Assembly: GCA_903907835.1 (NCBI GenBank) | Contig: CAIVPQ010000033.1 | Span: forward strand, 1-40,573 | Source of the DNA: an uncultured Actinomycetes bacterium | Lineage (GTDB): Bacteria; Actinomycetota; Actinomycetes; S36-B12; UBA5976 | Reading direction: 5' to 3' | Length of the DNA: 40,573 nt | Shown: positions 1 to 9,781 of the stretch, in pieces | Position numbering within the stretch: the stretch's first letter is position 1 | Layout of the letters: each line of letters starts with the position of its first letter | Notes under the pieces: model-generated | Seen by the model: the letters and a program-made list of their open reading frames with translations, nothing else | What the model was told of the DNA's origin: nothing | The model's database searches: none | Made by a program: the position numbers and the translations under genes

Positions 1-27
1 GCGGTTTTTGGTTACAGAATAAGGGCC

Positions 28-33
28 TAGACT
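28..33 (+). promoter_or_regulatory. Putative -10 hexamer (TAGACT) for leaderless typA transcript
   Basis: TANNNT hexamer 7 nt upstream of the GTG at 41; no well-spaced SD; the same spacing recurs at several genes in the window. Confidence 0.5.
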
Positions 34-40
34 AGGGATA

Positions 41-1912
41 GTGACCCAAAAAGCCGTCCGTAGTGACCTTCGTAACGTAGCAATCATCGCCCACGTAGAC
101 CATGGCAAAACAACTCTTGTTGACGCCATGCTGTGGCAATCTGGAGCATTCCGAGAAAATCAGGATGTTAACGATCGAGTCATGGACTCAATGGATCTTG
201 AGCGGGAAAAGGGCATTACGATTCTGGCCAAAAACACCGCGGTTCGTTACGTTGGCCCAGCCGCCCCTGATGGCGTAACGCTTAACATCATTGACACCCC
301 AGGCCACGCTGACTTTGGTGGCGAAGTTGAACGCGGCCTTGAAATGGTTGATGGTGTTATTTTGCTTGTTGATGCAAGTGAAGGCCCACTGCCACAGACT
401 CGATTTGTTTTGCGTAAAGCGCTTCAAAAGAAACTTCCGGTCGTACTTGTTATTAACAAAGTTGACCGCCCCGATTCGCGTATCGCTGAAGTTGTTGACG
501 AAACTTATGAATTATTCTTTGATCTAGATGCTGATGAAGAGCAAATTCAGTTCCCAATCGTCTATGCATCTGCCAAAGCAGGTCGCGCTTCAATGACTCG
601 CACTGCAGATGGTGGAATGCCAGAAGAGTTGGATCTTGAGCCGCTGTTCCGCACACTGATTGAAACAGTTCCAGCGCCGGTTTACGATGCCGAAGCTCCG
701 CTTCAGGCCCACGTAACGAACCTTGATTCCTCCCCTTACCTTGGCCGCTTGGCCATCTGCCGTGTTCGTAACGGCACAATTAAAAAGGGTCAGCAAGTTG
801 CTTGGATGAAGACTGATGGCACTGTTGAAAAAGCTAAGGTCGTTGAGCTTTTGATGACTCAGGCACTTGAAAGAGTCTCGGCTGAATCTGCTGGTCCTGG
901 TGACATTATTGCTGTCGCTGGATTTGAAAACATCACTATCGGCGAGACATTAGCCGATCCGGAAAATCCTGTGGCATTGCCGGTCATCACAGTTGATGAA
1001 CCATCAATCTCGATGACAATTGGTATCAACACTTCCCCACTTGCCGGTGAATCTGGTAGCAAAGTTACCGCGCGCCTACTTAAGACCCGTCTTGAAGCCG
1101 AACTAATCGGTAACGTTTCGATCCGAGTTCTTGATACTGAACGTCCAGATACTTGGGAAGTTCAAGGCCGTGGCGAATTGCAGTTGGCTGTCCTTGTTGA
1201 AATTATGCGTCGCGAAAAGTATGAACTCACCGTTGGAAAGCCACAGGTAGTTACGCGTGAGATTGATGGCAAAAAGCACGAGCCGCTTGAGCGCCTAACT
1301 ATCGATGTGCCAGAAGATTATGTTGGCGTGGTAACACAGTTACTTGGTCTACGTAAGGGCCGGATGGAACAAATGATCAACCACGGCACTGGTTGGGTCC
1401 GCATGGAATATTTAGTTCCGGCCCGTGGTTTGATTGGTTTCCGTACCGAGTTTCTAACCGAAACCCGTGGTACTGGTCTTATGCACCATGTGTTTGAACG
1501 CTACGAGCCATGGTTCGGCGAATTACGCACACGTCCTTCTGGCTCATTAGTTTCAGATCGCTCTGGTGCAGTAACGGCATATGCGTGTTTCGCAGTTCAG
1601 GAACGAGGGACCTTATTTGTCTCTCCGACTACAGATGTTTATGAAGGCATGATCATCGGCGAGAACGCGCGCGCAGACGACATGGACGTTAACATCGTGC
1701 GCGAAAAGAAACTAACGAATGTGCGCTCGGCAACTGGCGATGAACTTGAGCGCCTGATTCCTGCCAAGCTATTGAGTTTGGAACAGGCTTTGGAATTCTG
1801 TCGCGAAGACGAATGTGTTGAGGTAACTCCAACCCAGGTTCGTATCCGCAAGGTACACCTTTCCAAGACTGACCGCGATCGCGTTCGAGCCCGCGCAAAG
1901 ACACACAAATAG
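41..1912 (+). CDS. typA: Translational GTPase TypA/BipA
   Basis: G1 [10 protein letters not shown]2 ERE-GITI, G3 [10 protein letters not shown]4 NKVD; GRGELQL and C-terminal KKLTNVRS / LEQALEF...EVTP BipA motifs; 623 aa. Confidence 0.98.
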   Translation: MTQKAVRSDLRNVAIIAHVDHGKTTLVDAMLWQSGAFRENQDVNDRVMDSMDLEREKGITILAKNTAVRYVGPAAPDGVTLNIIDTPGHADFGGEVERGLEMVDGVILLVDASEGPLPQTRFVLRKALQKKLPVVLVINKVDRPDSRIAEVVDETYELFFDLDADEEQIQFPIVYASAKAGRASMTRTADGGMPEELDLEPLFRTLIETVPAPVYDAEAPLQAHVTNLDSSPYLGRLAICRVRNGTIKKGQQVAWMKTDGTVEKAKVVELLMTQALERVSAESAGPGDIIAVAGFENITIGETLADPENPVALPVITVDEPSISMTIGINTSPLAGESGSKVTARLLKTRLEAELIGNVSIRVLDTERPDTWEVQGRGELQLAVLVEIMRREKYELTVGKPQVVTREIDGKKHEPLERLTIDVPEDYVGVVTQLLGLRKGRMEQMINHGTGWVRMEYLVPARGLIGFRTEFLTETRGTGLMHHVFERYEPWFGELRTRPSGSLVSDRSGAVTAYACFAVQERGTLFVSPTTDVYEGMIIGENARADDMDVNIVREKKLTNVRSATGDELERLIPAKLLSLEQALEFCREDECVEVTPTQVRIRKVHLSKTDRDRVRARAKTHK

Positions 1913-1921
1913 AGTAATTAA

Positions 1922-3700
1922 ATGGTTCGGAGAGTATCGCCCAAGGTAAGCGCTGTTGCTCTTGCTGGCCTTTTAGGTTTGGCGATTATCTCTGGATCAT
2001 CACCTTCAAAGAATGTCGAAGGTGGTCTAAACGCCGCGATGTTTGGTCCGGTTGGAAATGATGCGGATGAATCTGCAGAATTGAAACTGGGTTCATCAAA
2101 GCGTTGTGACTCACTTGACCCTGGACTAAGTTTCGATTCTTGGTGTGCGGTAATTCACCGAACTTATTCACGCAACGTAATGTCCTACACGGGCGCGCCA
2201 GGTCAGGCCGGACTTGAAGTTGTGCCAGATCTAGCCAATGGTTATCCAGATATTTCTGCGGATGCCAAAGTGTGGACTTTTAATCTACGAAATGATGTGC
2301 GCTGGGATGATGGCACAATCGTGACTGCAGGCGATGTGCGCTATTCAATCGAACGGTTGTATACCAGCTCTTTGCAAGCCTCTGTTTCAAACAGCATTCT
2401 TTGTCTGCTCAGTAATTGCAGCGATGGTACACCTGATTATCAAGGCCCCTTCAAGAAAAAGTACCCACACCTTAAATCGATTAGCACATCTGGAAAATTT
2501 AAGATCATCTTTGAACTAACTAGATCATGTGGCGACTTTGATCGAGTTTTAGCAACAAGTCAATTTGCGCCAATTCAACGTTCAAGAGACATCGAAATGC
2601 GTCGACAAAAATTGACTTATGCGGCGAATCCCGCATCTAATGGCCCATTTAAACTGCAGTTTAAAGACACTCCAGTAGTAGCAGAATTCGTTCGAAATCC
2701 ATTCTGGCGACAAGTTACCGACCCCATTAGAAGTCCTAAAGTCCAAACGATGACTTGGCGTTTGTATGGCACAGATGAATCAGTTGATCATGCCTTGGTT
2801 AGGGGCGCAATCGATCTGAAATTGAACTCGGGATTGGGTGAAGCCAGTCGATCTTGGGCGTTAAGTTCACCAGATCGTTCCAAGCAATTGGATTTGGTGC
2901 CGAGCAACTCGACCAATGTTTTGGCACTTTCATCGAATGTCACACCGCTAGATAACGTTCGCTGTCGAGAAGCAATTTTTTACGCACTGAATAAGAAGGA
3001 TCTCCAGCGGGCTCGAGGCGGGACTTCAGTTTCGAGTATTGCCCACTCATTAATACCGCGTGGTGTACCGGGCTACGCTCCAAATCAGAACAATTTCCCA
3101 GTTGGCCCTGAGAATACGGGAAACCTCATTAAGGCTCGTCAAAAACTTAGTGAATGTGGTTATCCGGATGGATTCGAAGTCGGTATGGCGTATCTTGATC
3201 TCGGGGTCGGGCGGAACATATATTTATCAGTCCAGCGAAGTTTAGCCAGAATTGGAATTGTGGTTGACCCTGTGCGCTATGCCAATTTCGCAGATTATTT
3301 CACTTTAGGTATTGGCTCACCAGAAAATATCAAAGAGCGCAATATCGGAATAATGATGACGAAATTTGGGGCAGAGTACCTCTCGGCTAGTGCCTTCTGG
3401 GGTCCAGCGGTTGACGGAAGAAACATAACTAATTTCGCAAATAGAAATCTTGCTCAACTATCGGATGAAAAGTTAAATACGCTTTTAGACAAACTCAGTG
3501 TTATTGCAAAGTATGAAACTTTGGCCTCGCTTAGCTCCGAACTTGCCATTGAGATTGAGGCCAAAGCGGTTTATTTGCCTTACGCAACGGACCGTATCGT
3601 GTTATTTCGTGGTAACCGATTGGTAAATGTCTATGTTCAGCAAGGTTTGGGCAGTAGTTACGACCTAGTGAACGTCGGCAAAAATAAGGTTGCATCGTAA
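1922..3700 (+). CDS. ABC transporter family 5 (peptide/nickel-type) solute-binding protein, BldKB-like, without lipobox
   Basis: DSLDPG, PDLA...WTFNLRNDVRWDDG-VTAGDVRYSIER, SNGPFK, RNPFW motifs of SBP family 5; N-terminal hydrophobic segment with no following Cys. Confidence 0.88.
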   Translation: MVRRVSPKVSAVALAGLLGLAIISGSSPSKNVEGGLNAAMFGPVGNDADESAELKLGSSKRCDSLDPGLSFDSWCAVIHRTYSRNVMSYTGAPGQAGLEVVPDLANGYPDISADAKVWTFNLRNDVRWDDGTIVTAGDVRYSIERLYTSSLQASVSNSILCLLSNCSDGTPDYQGPFKKKYPHLKSISTSGKFKIIFELTRSCGDFDRVLATSQFAPIQRSRDIEMRRQKLTYAANPASNGPFKLQFKDTPVVAEFVRNPFWRQVTDPIRSPKVQTMTWRLYGTDESVDHALVRGAIDLKLNSGLGEASRSWALSSPDRSKQLDLVPSNSTNVLALSSNVTPLDNVRCREAIFYALNKKDLQRARGGTSVSSIAHSLIPRGVPGYAPNQNNFPVGPENTGNLIKARQKLSECGYPDGFEVGMAYLDLGVGRNIYLSVQRSLARIGIVVDPVRYANFADYFTLGIGSPENIKERNIGIMMTKFGAEYLSASAFWGPAVDGRNITNFANRNLAQLSDEKLNTLLDKLSVIAKYETLASLSSELAIEIEAKAVYLPYATDRIVLFRGNRLVNVYVQQGLGSSYDLVNVGKNKVAS

Positions 3701-3725
3701 CAAAGAAACTTTATGAATCTGGCAT

Positions 3726-3743
3726 AAGTAACATACTTGTCAC
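3726..3743 (+). promoter_or_regulatory. Candidate operator upstream of peptide ABC operon (GTAAC-N6-GTCAC; overlapping AAGTA-N3-TACTT palindrome)
   Basis: 11-bp-period GTnAC direct repeat resembling GlnR/MtrA (OmpR-family) boxes, in the 123-nt intergenic gap. Confidence 0.3.
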
Positions 3744-3823
3744 ATTCGTCGGTAGTCCTATGTAATGCGCAAGAATTAACCTAGTATTCAAACAAGTCCG
3801 CTTAGTGAAGGTCGCGCATATTT

Positions 3824-4807
3824 ATGGCACGCAAGAACAATGATGTTCTAGAGGTTCCACGCGGAGCGACTGTGACCGTTGGCCGGACGCTAAGCCAAAT
3901 TGCCTGGCTGCGCTTACGCCGCGACAAGGTTGCAAAAGTTTGTCTGGCAATTTTGTTTTTCATTGCATTCATAGCCATATTCGCACCACTTATTTGTAGC
4001 GTGTTAAAGATTGATCCTTATCAATTTAATTCTGCTCTGCTCAGTGATGATGGCGGATTGCCAAGCGGTAGGTTCGGGGGAGTTTCGTTAGCTCACCCAC
4101 TCGGGATTGAACCACTAACCGGTCGTGACATTCTGGCTCGCCTTTTATACGGATCGCGCATCTCTTTGTTTATCGCAGTCACCGCTACAGCAATCACAGT
4201 AGTTACTGGCGTTGTTATTGGAATCCTTGCAGGTAATTCACGCGGTCGGCTTGATACTTTCTTAAGCAGAGTCATGGACATAACCTTGGCTTTCCCTTTG
4301 TTGCTGGTGATTATTGCGATGTCACCAGTGCTCGAACAACGCATTGCTAGTTTGGGAATTCCGGAAGGAAATTCATCCAGAATTGTGACCTTAATTCTGG
4401 TTCTGAGCGTCTTTGGGTGGCCATATCTTGCACGCTTGATTAGAGGTCAAGTGCTCTCTTTGCGCGAACGCGAGTTTATCGAAGCGGCAATCTCTATCGG
4501 TTCGAGTAATCGACGAATTTTGTTTAAGGAACTTTTACCAAATCTATGGGGACCGATTCTGATTTACACGACTATCGCTCTACCCGGCTTGATTGGCGCC
4601 GAGGCAACGCTGGCATTCTTGGGAATTTCAGTGCTACCGCCAACTGCTACTTGGGGATCGATGTTGCAAGAGTCAGTTAGTTATTTCAGCGTTGATCCCT
4701 TCTATTTCTTTGTTCCCTTGACAATGCTGCTAGCCGCGGTACTGTCGTTCAACCTGCTAGGTGATGCGCTTCGTGATGCGTTAGATCCGAAAGCAGGGCG
4801 CATGTAG
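3824..4807 (+). CDS. dppC: Peptide ABC transporter permease, DppC/OppC type (BldKA-like)
   Basis: HPLG-E-TGRDILARLLYGSRISL, EAA loop (REFIEAAISIG), C-terminal FNLLGDALRDALDPK. Confidence 0.93.
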   Translation: MARKNNDVLEVPRGATVTVGRTLSQIAWLRLRRDKVAKVCLAILFFIAFIAIFAPLICSVLKIDPYQFNSALLSDDGGLPSGRFGGVSLAHPLGIEPLTGRDILARLLYGSRISLFIAVTATAITVVTGVVIGILAGNSRGRLDTFLSRVMDITLAFPLLLVIIAMSPVLEQRIASLGIPEGNSSRIVTLILVLSVFGWPYLARLIRGQVLSLREREFIEAAISIGSSNRRILFKELLPNLWGPILIYTTIALPGLIGAEATLAFLGISVLPPTATWGSMLQESVSYFSVDPFYFFVPLTMLLAAVLSFNLLGDALRDALDPKAGRM

Positions 4808-4897
4808 ATTTCTAATTTCTCAGATAACCGGGAAATCAGAATAATAAAGACCCAAACCAAACTAGTTCGAGAAATCGAAAACCTTGGAGGCCAAGTT

Positions 4898-6610
4898 ATG
4901 AATAAGACGACCAGCATCCGCTTCGGCGTAGGTGTGGCGTCTGTGGCACTGCTTTTGTCAGCTTGCTCAAGCAAGAGTGACAATAATTCACAAAGCGGTA
5001 CCGCAGGCGGAACCCTGTACATCCTTACTCAGGCTGAACAGATTTTGCACCTAGACCCGCAACGCAACTACACAGGTGAAGATCTAGCATTCGCTAGTGG
5101 TTTCTTGAACCGCACCTTGACTCAGTATGCACTGTCTAAGGACAACAATGCAGCCAGCCAGATTCAGGCTGACCTTGCCACCGATACAGGTACCGCCAGC
5201 AATGGTGGAAAGACTTGGGAATTCACACTTCGCGACGGAGTGAAGTGGGAAGATGGTAAGCCAGTTACCTGTGCCGATGTGGCTTACGGTGTCTCGCGTA
5301 CCTTTGCAACTGATGTGATCACAGATGGCCCAACGTATGCAATATCACTTTTGGATATTCCCAAGGCGGATGGTGTCTCGGAGTACCCAGGACCGTACAA
5401 GGCCTCAGCCGCACAGCAAGCTTTGTTCGATAAGGCAGTTGCATGTGATGGAAATAAGATCACGTTCAGCCTAGGTGCGCCAACTGCTGACTTCAACTAT
5501 GCAGTGACTTTGAGTGCGTTTGCTCCGGTGCGTAAAGATGCTGACACGGGCGAAAAGTATGACGATTCGGTATTGTCCAATGGTCCATACAAGATTGCTT
5601 CATATGTAAAGAAGAACAAGCTAGTTCTTGTTCGCAACGATCAGTGGTCAAAAGACACGGATCCAATTCGTCCAGCATTCCCAGACTCAATTGAGTATGT
5701 ATTCTCAATCGCTCAGCCACTTTTGACTCAGCGCTTGATGAAAGATTCTGGCAAAGATGCAATGGCGATCTCGCCTGATGGTGTCGATCCAACTCAGTTG
5801 GCAGTCATCTTTGGTGACGCTAAATACACTAATCGTCGCTTGAATGATTACGATCCGTATGTTCGTTACATCGCGATCAACACCAAGAAGGTTCCAAATG
5901 TGAAGCACCGCCAGGCAATGCTGGCTGCGCTTAACCGTGCTGACCTGCGCAAAATCGCTGGCGGCAAGTACGCCGGTGATGATGCTGATGGTGTTGTCAA
6001 GCCAAACATCGGCCAAGATTACGCAGCAACTGGCCTGTGGGATGGTTTGCTAGGCGAAGCAATTCCAGACACTGGAAATGTGGCATTGGCGAAGAAACTG
6101 ATTGCTGAATCTGGCGAAAAGTTCCCGAACCCAATCGTGTTCGACTATGGTCAGAGCCCAACAGCAGACAAGTCAGCATCAGCAATTGTGGCTGCAATGG
6201 CCCGCGCTGGCATCGTGGTTAAGCCAAATCCAATTGAAGTTGGCGCTTACTACGGTATAGTTCTCGATCCAGCCAAGCAGGGTTCACTCTCTGCAGGTGG
6301 ATGGGGACCTGACTGGTCGAATGCATCAACAGTGTTGCCTGAGTTGTTTACTCCTGGTGGAGGATTCAATTTGTCGCAGTTCGATGACAAGGAATTCACT
6401 GCTGAGTCAGATGCTGCTAAGGCAATCGCTGATCGTGCTGAGCAAGCTACAGCATGGCAAGCACTTAACGTTAAGGCTGCCGAACTCGCATTGGTAATTC
6501 CAACTCGGTTCGGTAAAGAGCAACGCATCCAAGGATCAATGGTCCAAGGTGCATACATTTGGGGACCATATGGTTCATACCCATATGGCGCTCTTTCTGT
6601 ATCTCAGTAA
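4898..6610 (+). CDS. dppA: Peptide ABC transporter solute-binding lipoprotein, DppA/BldKB-like
   Basis: GGAGG SD; lipobox LSAC; HLDPQRNY, WEFTLRDGVKWEDG, GGWGPDW peptide-binding motif. Confidence 0.92.
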   Translation: MNKTTSIRFGVGVASVALLLSACSSKSDNNSQSGTAGGTLYILTQAEQILHLDPQRNYTGEDLAFASGFLNRTLTQYALSKDNNAASQIQADLATDTGTASNGGKTWEFTLRDGVKWEDGKPVTCADVAYGVSRTFATDVITDGPTYAISLLDIPKADGVSEYPGPYKASAAQQALFDKAVACDGNKITFSLGAPTADFNYAVTLSAFAPVRKDADTGEKYDDSVLSNGPYKIASYVKKNKLVLVRNDQWSKDTDPIRPAFPDSIEYVFSIAQPLLTQRLMKDSGKDAMAISPDGVDPTQLAVIFGDAKYTNRRLNDYDPYVRYIAINTKKVPNVKHRQAMLAALNRADLRKIAGGKYAGDDADGVVKPNIGQDYAATGLWDGLLGEAIPDTGNVALAKKLIAESGEKFPNPIVFDYGQSPTADKSASAIVAAMARAGIVVKPNPIEVGAYYGIVLDPAKQGSLSAGGWGPDWSNASTVLPELFTPGGGFNLSQFDDKEFTAESDAAKAIADRAEQATAWQALNVKAAELALVIPTRFGKEQRIQGSMVQGAYIWGPYGSYPYGALSVSQ

Positions 6611-6623
6611 GAACTAAGTCAAT

Positions 6624-6660
6624 GAGTGTGTGGGCGTTTAATACAAACGTCCACACACTC
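6624..6660 (+). terminator. 16-bp stem-loop between SBP and permease genes (stabiliser or partial terminator)
   Basis: GAGTGTGTGGGCGTTT-AATAC-AAACGTCCACACACTC, 16 paired positions with one G:U; no U-tract follows. Confidence 0.75.
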
Positions 6661-6723
6661 GGACTTATGGTTAGAGAATAGAAATGTCGTTTCGAGATTT
6701 ATAACTTGTAGGAAAGGTTTATC

Positions 6724-7713
6724 TTGTTTCCCTACATAGTCAGACGCATTATGTTGATGGTCTTTATGTTGACCATCCTGAGTATTGTTACGTTCTTACT
6801 TTTTAATGCGGTACCAACTGATCCAGCGCGCCTAACCTGTGGCAAGACTTGTTCACCCGCAACTATTGAGGCAAACCGGATCCGGCTTGGTCTAGATCAA
6901 CCTTTAATAAGTCAGTATCTTGAGTGGATTAAGGGCATATTTGCAGGTCGCACATATGGTTCGGGGACTGCTACTTTTAATTGCGACGCACCTTGTCTTG
7001 GGTATTCATTCCGAAACGGTGAGCAAGTTACCGACATGATCCTCACCTCGCTGCCAGTGACCATTTATCTAGCCATTGGCGCATTTGTGCTTTGGATGGT
7101 CGGTGGAATATCAACTGGGATTTACGCGGCGCGTAAAAAAGGTAAGTGGCAAGACCGCGCAATCATGGGCGCGACTTTGGTTGGTTACTCGTTGCCGGTT
7201 TTCTTCATCGGCATATTGATGTTGATTTTCGTAGTTGTTAGATGGAACATTTTGCCCTACCCAAGTTATGTGGGACCTAATGTTGACACCTTGCAATTTC
7301 TGCAAACAATGATCTTGCCATGGATCTCTTTAGCGATACTTTATGCGGCTTACTACACCCGTCTTACACGCTCGCAGATGCTGGACACTATGAGCGAGGA
7401 CTACATCAGAACCGCACGCGCCAAAGGGCTTCCAGAGAAAACGGTTCTGCGCAAACATGCTTTGCGAGCCGGGCTCACCCCGATTGTCACAAGTGCGGGC
7501 CTTGATCTGGCTGGACTCTTAGGCGGTGCAGTAATTACCGAATATATCTTTGGCCTGCCTGGGTTAGGCCGCTTGGCTATCGGCGCTGTAACTGAGTATG
7601 ACTTACCAACAATTACTGCCACGACTTTAGTAGCAGCAACGTTTATTATCGTTGCCAACATTGTGGTTGACCTTCTTTATGCAGCTATTGACCCGAGGGT
7701 GAGGTTGCAATGA
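6724..7713 (+). CDS. dppB: Peptide ABC transporter permease, DppB/OppB type (BldKC-like)
   Basis: TTG start after AGGAAAGG; LGLDQPL-QY, EDYIRTARAKGL, GGAVITE-IFGLPGLG, DLLYAAIDPRVR. Confidence 0.95.
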   Translation: MFPYIVRRIMLMVFMLTILSIVTFLLFNAVPTDPARLTCGKTCSPATIEANRIRLGLDQPLISQYLEWIKGIFAGRTYGSGTATFNCDAPCLGYSFRNGEQVTDMILTSLPVTIYLAIGAFVLWMVGGISTGIYAARKKGKWQDRAIMGATLVGYSLPVFFIGILMLIFVVVRWNILPYPSYVGPNVDTLQFLQTMILPWISLAILYAAYYTRLTRSQMLDTMSEDYIRTARAKGLPEKTVLRKHALRAGLTPIVTSAGLDLAGLLGGAVITEYIFGLPGLGRLAIGAVTEYDLPTITATTLVAATFIIVANIVVDLLYAAIDPRVRLQ

Positions 7714-8744
7714 GCGAGACTGACGAAGTGTTACTGAGCGTAAGAAATCTCTATGTGGAATTTTCCACTGATGATGGACTTGTTAGCGCGGTAAATGATC
7801 TTTCATATGATCTAAAGCGCGGCAAGACTTTGGCAATCGTCGGAGAATCCGGTTCGGGTAAGAGCGTTTCGAGTATGGCGCTTATGGGTCTGGTAGCAGG
7901 CATGAATGCCAAGGTCTCCGGCGAAGTTTATTTCGATGGTCAACAACTAGTTGGCGCAGATCCAGAATCCGTGCGTAAGTTGCGTGGCGATCGAATGGCA
8001 ATGATTTTCCAAGATCCATTGAGTTCGTTGCATCCATTTTTTCGGATTGGTGACCAGCTCGTAGAGGCTGTGCAAGTTCATCATGATATTGATAAGAAGC
8101 AGGCACAGGTCAGAGTAAAGGCGATGCTTGAACGCGTTGGTATTCCCGATGTGGATCAACGTATGAATGAGTATCCGCATCAACTTTCGGGTGGGATGCG
8201 CCAAAGGGTAATGATTGGGATGTCCCTGATTAATAATCCAGAGTTGTTGATTGCTGATGAACCAACTACTGCACTTGATGTGACCGTCCAGGCGCAAATT
8301 CTTGAGTTGCTCAAAGATTTGCAAAAGGAATTTGGCACTGCAATCATTCTGATTACTCATGACCTAGGCGTAGTTGCAGACATGGCCGATGAAGTAGTGG
8401 TGATGTATGGCGGTAGCGCTGTTGAGCATGCGCCAGTGCGTGAAATCTTTTATGAACCAGCAATGCCATATACCTGGGGTTTGATTGCATCCATTCCACA
8501 GATCTCTGCAAAGCATGCTCACTTAGATCCAATTCCTGGGAATCCTCCGTCACTTATCAATTTGCCGTCGGGCTGTGTGTTTGCCCCACGTTGTACCTTC
8601 AAGCACTTAGTTAGTGACGGTTTGTGTGAAAATGAGCGACCGCAACTATTGCCCGTTTCGCCAGAGCACACCTCAAGATGTCATCTAACGCAAAATCAGC
8701 GCACTGATATTAGGCGTGAACGTTTGATTGGCAGGCAAAAGTAA
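7710..8744 (+). CDS. dppD: Peptide ABC transporter ATP-binding protein, DppD type
   Basis: Walker [30 protein letters not shown]-terminal Cys-containing oligo_HPY domain; ATGA overlap with dppB. Confidence 0.95.
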   Translation: MSETDEVLLSVRNLYVEFSTDDGLVSAVNDLSYDLKRGKTLAIVGESGSGKSVSSMALMGLVAGMNAKVSGEVYFDGQQLVGADPESVRKLRGDRMAMIFQDPLSSLHPFFRIGDQLVEAVQVHHDIDKKQAQVRVKAMLERVGIPDVDQRMNEYPHQLSGGMRQRVMIGMSLINNPELLIADEPTTALDVTVQAQILELLKDLQKEFGTAIILITHDLGVVADMADEVVVMYGGSAVEHAPVREIFYEPAMPYTWGLIASIPQISAKHAHLDPIPGNPPSLINLPSGCVFAPRCTFKHLVSDGLCENERPQLLPVSPEHTSRCHLTQNQRTDIRRERLIGRQK

Positions 8745-9781
8745 TGACTCAAGATTCTCCAATTCTTAAGGTAAGTAATCTTGTCAAGCATTTCCCAATC
8801 ACATCTGGCGGAATTTTTCAAAGAACCACAGGCGCAGTCAAGGCCGTAGATGGAATTTCCTTAGAGGTATTCCCAGGAGAAACTTTAGGTCTTGTGGGTG
8901 AAAGCGGGTGTGGCAAATCAACTGCGGGTCGCACGATATTGCGTCTGCTTGAACCAACTAGTGGTTCGATTGAATTTGAAGGTCAAAATCTTATTAAAGT
9001 TTCTAAGCGGGAATTAGTTTTCATGCGCCGTGAAATGCAAATGATTTTCCAAGATCCTTATTCTTCACTTAATCCTCGGGCGACAGTAGGAGACATAATC
9101 TCTGCGCCATTCCAAGTGCAGGGGGTTAAGCCAGTTGGAGGATTGCGCTCGGCTGTCGGTGACTTGATGGAAAGAGTTGGATTAAATCCAGAGCACTTTA
9201 ATCGCTATCCCAATGAATTTTCAGGTGGACAACGCCAACGCATTGGAATCGCGCGAGCCATCGCACTGCAACCGAAACTGATCGTCTGCGATGAACCCGT
9301 ATCTGCCTTAGATGTTTCCATTCAAGCCCAAATCTTGAACCTTTTGGCAGATATTCAAAACGATTTTGGCATTGCATATGTTTTTGTGGCACATGACCTT
9401 TCAGTTGTGCGACATATTTCTGATCGGGTAGCTGTGATGTATTTAGGGCAGATTATGGAGAGTGCGCCATCGGAACTTTTATACACGGAGCCACTGCACC
9501 CATACACACATGCGTTGTTGTCTGCGATTCCAATTCCAGATCCTGACCTAGAACGAAATCGAGAGCGCATCATTCTTTCGGGTGATTTACCGAGTCCAAG
9601 TAATCCGCCAGCAGGTTGTGTCTTTAACACCCGTTGCTGGAAGGCAGAAGACAAGTGTCGCTCTGAAAGGCCAGTCTTGCGCGAAATTTCGATGGGCCAT
9701 CAAGTCGCTTGCCATTTCCCGGAACAAAATCTTCTTGAAACAATATCTATTGCCCCAACGGGTACTGACTTTATTGCTTAA
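8744..9781 (+). CDS. dppF: Peptide ABC transporter ATP-binding protein, DppF type
   Basis: [37 protein letters not shown]...VACH; TAATG overlap with dppD. Confidence 0.95.
   Translation: MTQDSPILKVSNLVKHFPITSGGIFQRTTGAVKAVDGISLEVFPGETLGLVGESGCGKSTAGRTILRLLEPTSGSIEFEGQNLIKVSKRELVFMRREMQMIFQDPYSSLNPRATVGDIISAPFQVQGVKPVGGLRSAVGDLMERVGLNPEHFNRYPNEFSGGQRQRIGIARAIALQPKLIVCDEPVSALDVSIQAQILNLLADIQNDFGIAYVFVAHDLSVVRHISDRVAVMYLGQIMESAPSELLYTEPLHPYTHALLSAIPIPDPDLERNRERIILSGDLPSPSNPPAGCVFNTRCWKAEDKCRSERPVLREISMGHQVACHFPEQNLLETISIAPTGTDFIA

Noticed and set aside
4866-4879. TTCGA-GAAA-TCGAA palindrome upstream of dppA as a LexA box
   Set aside because: The half-sites are arranged differently from the actinobacterial SOS box (CGAAC-N4-GTTCG), and a palindrome this short is expected by chance
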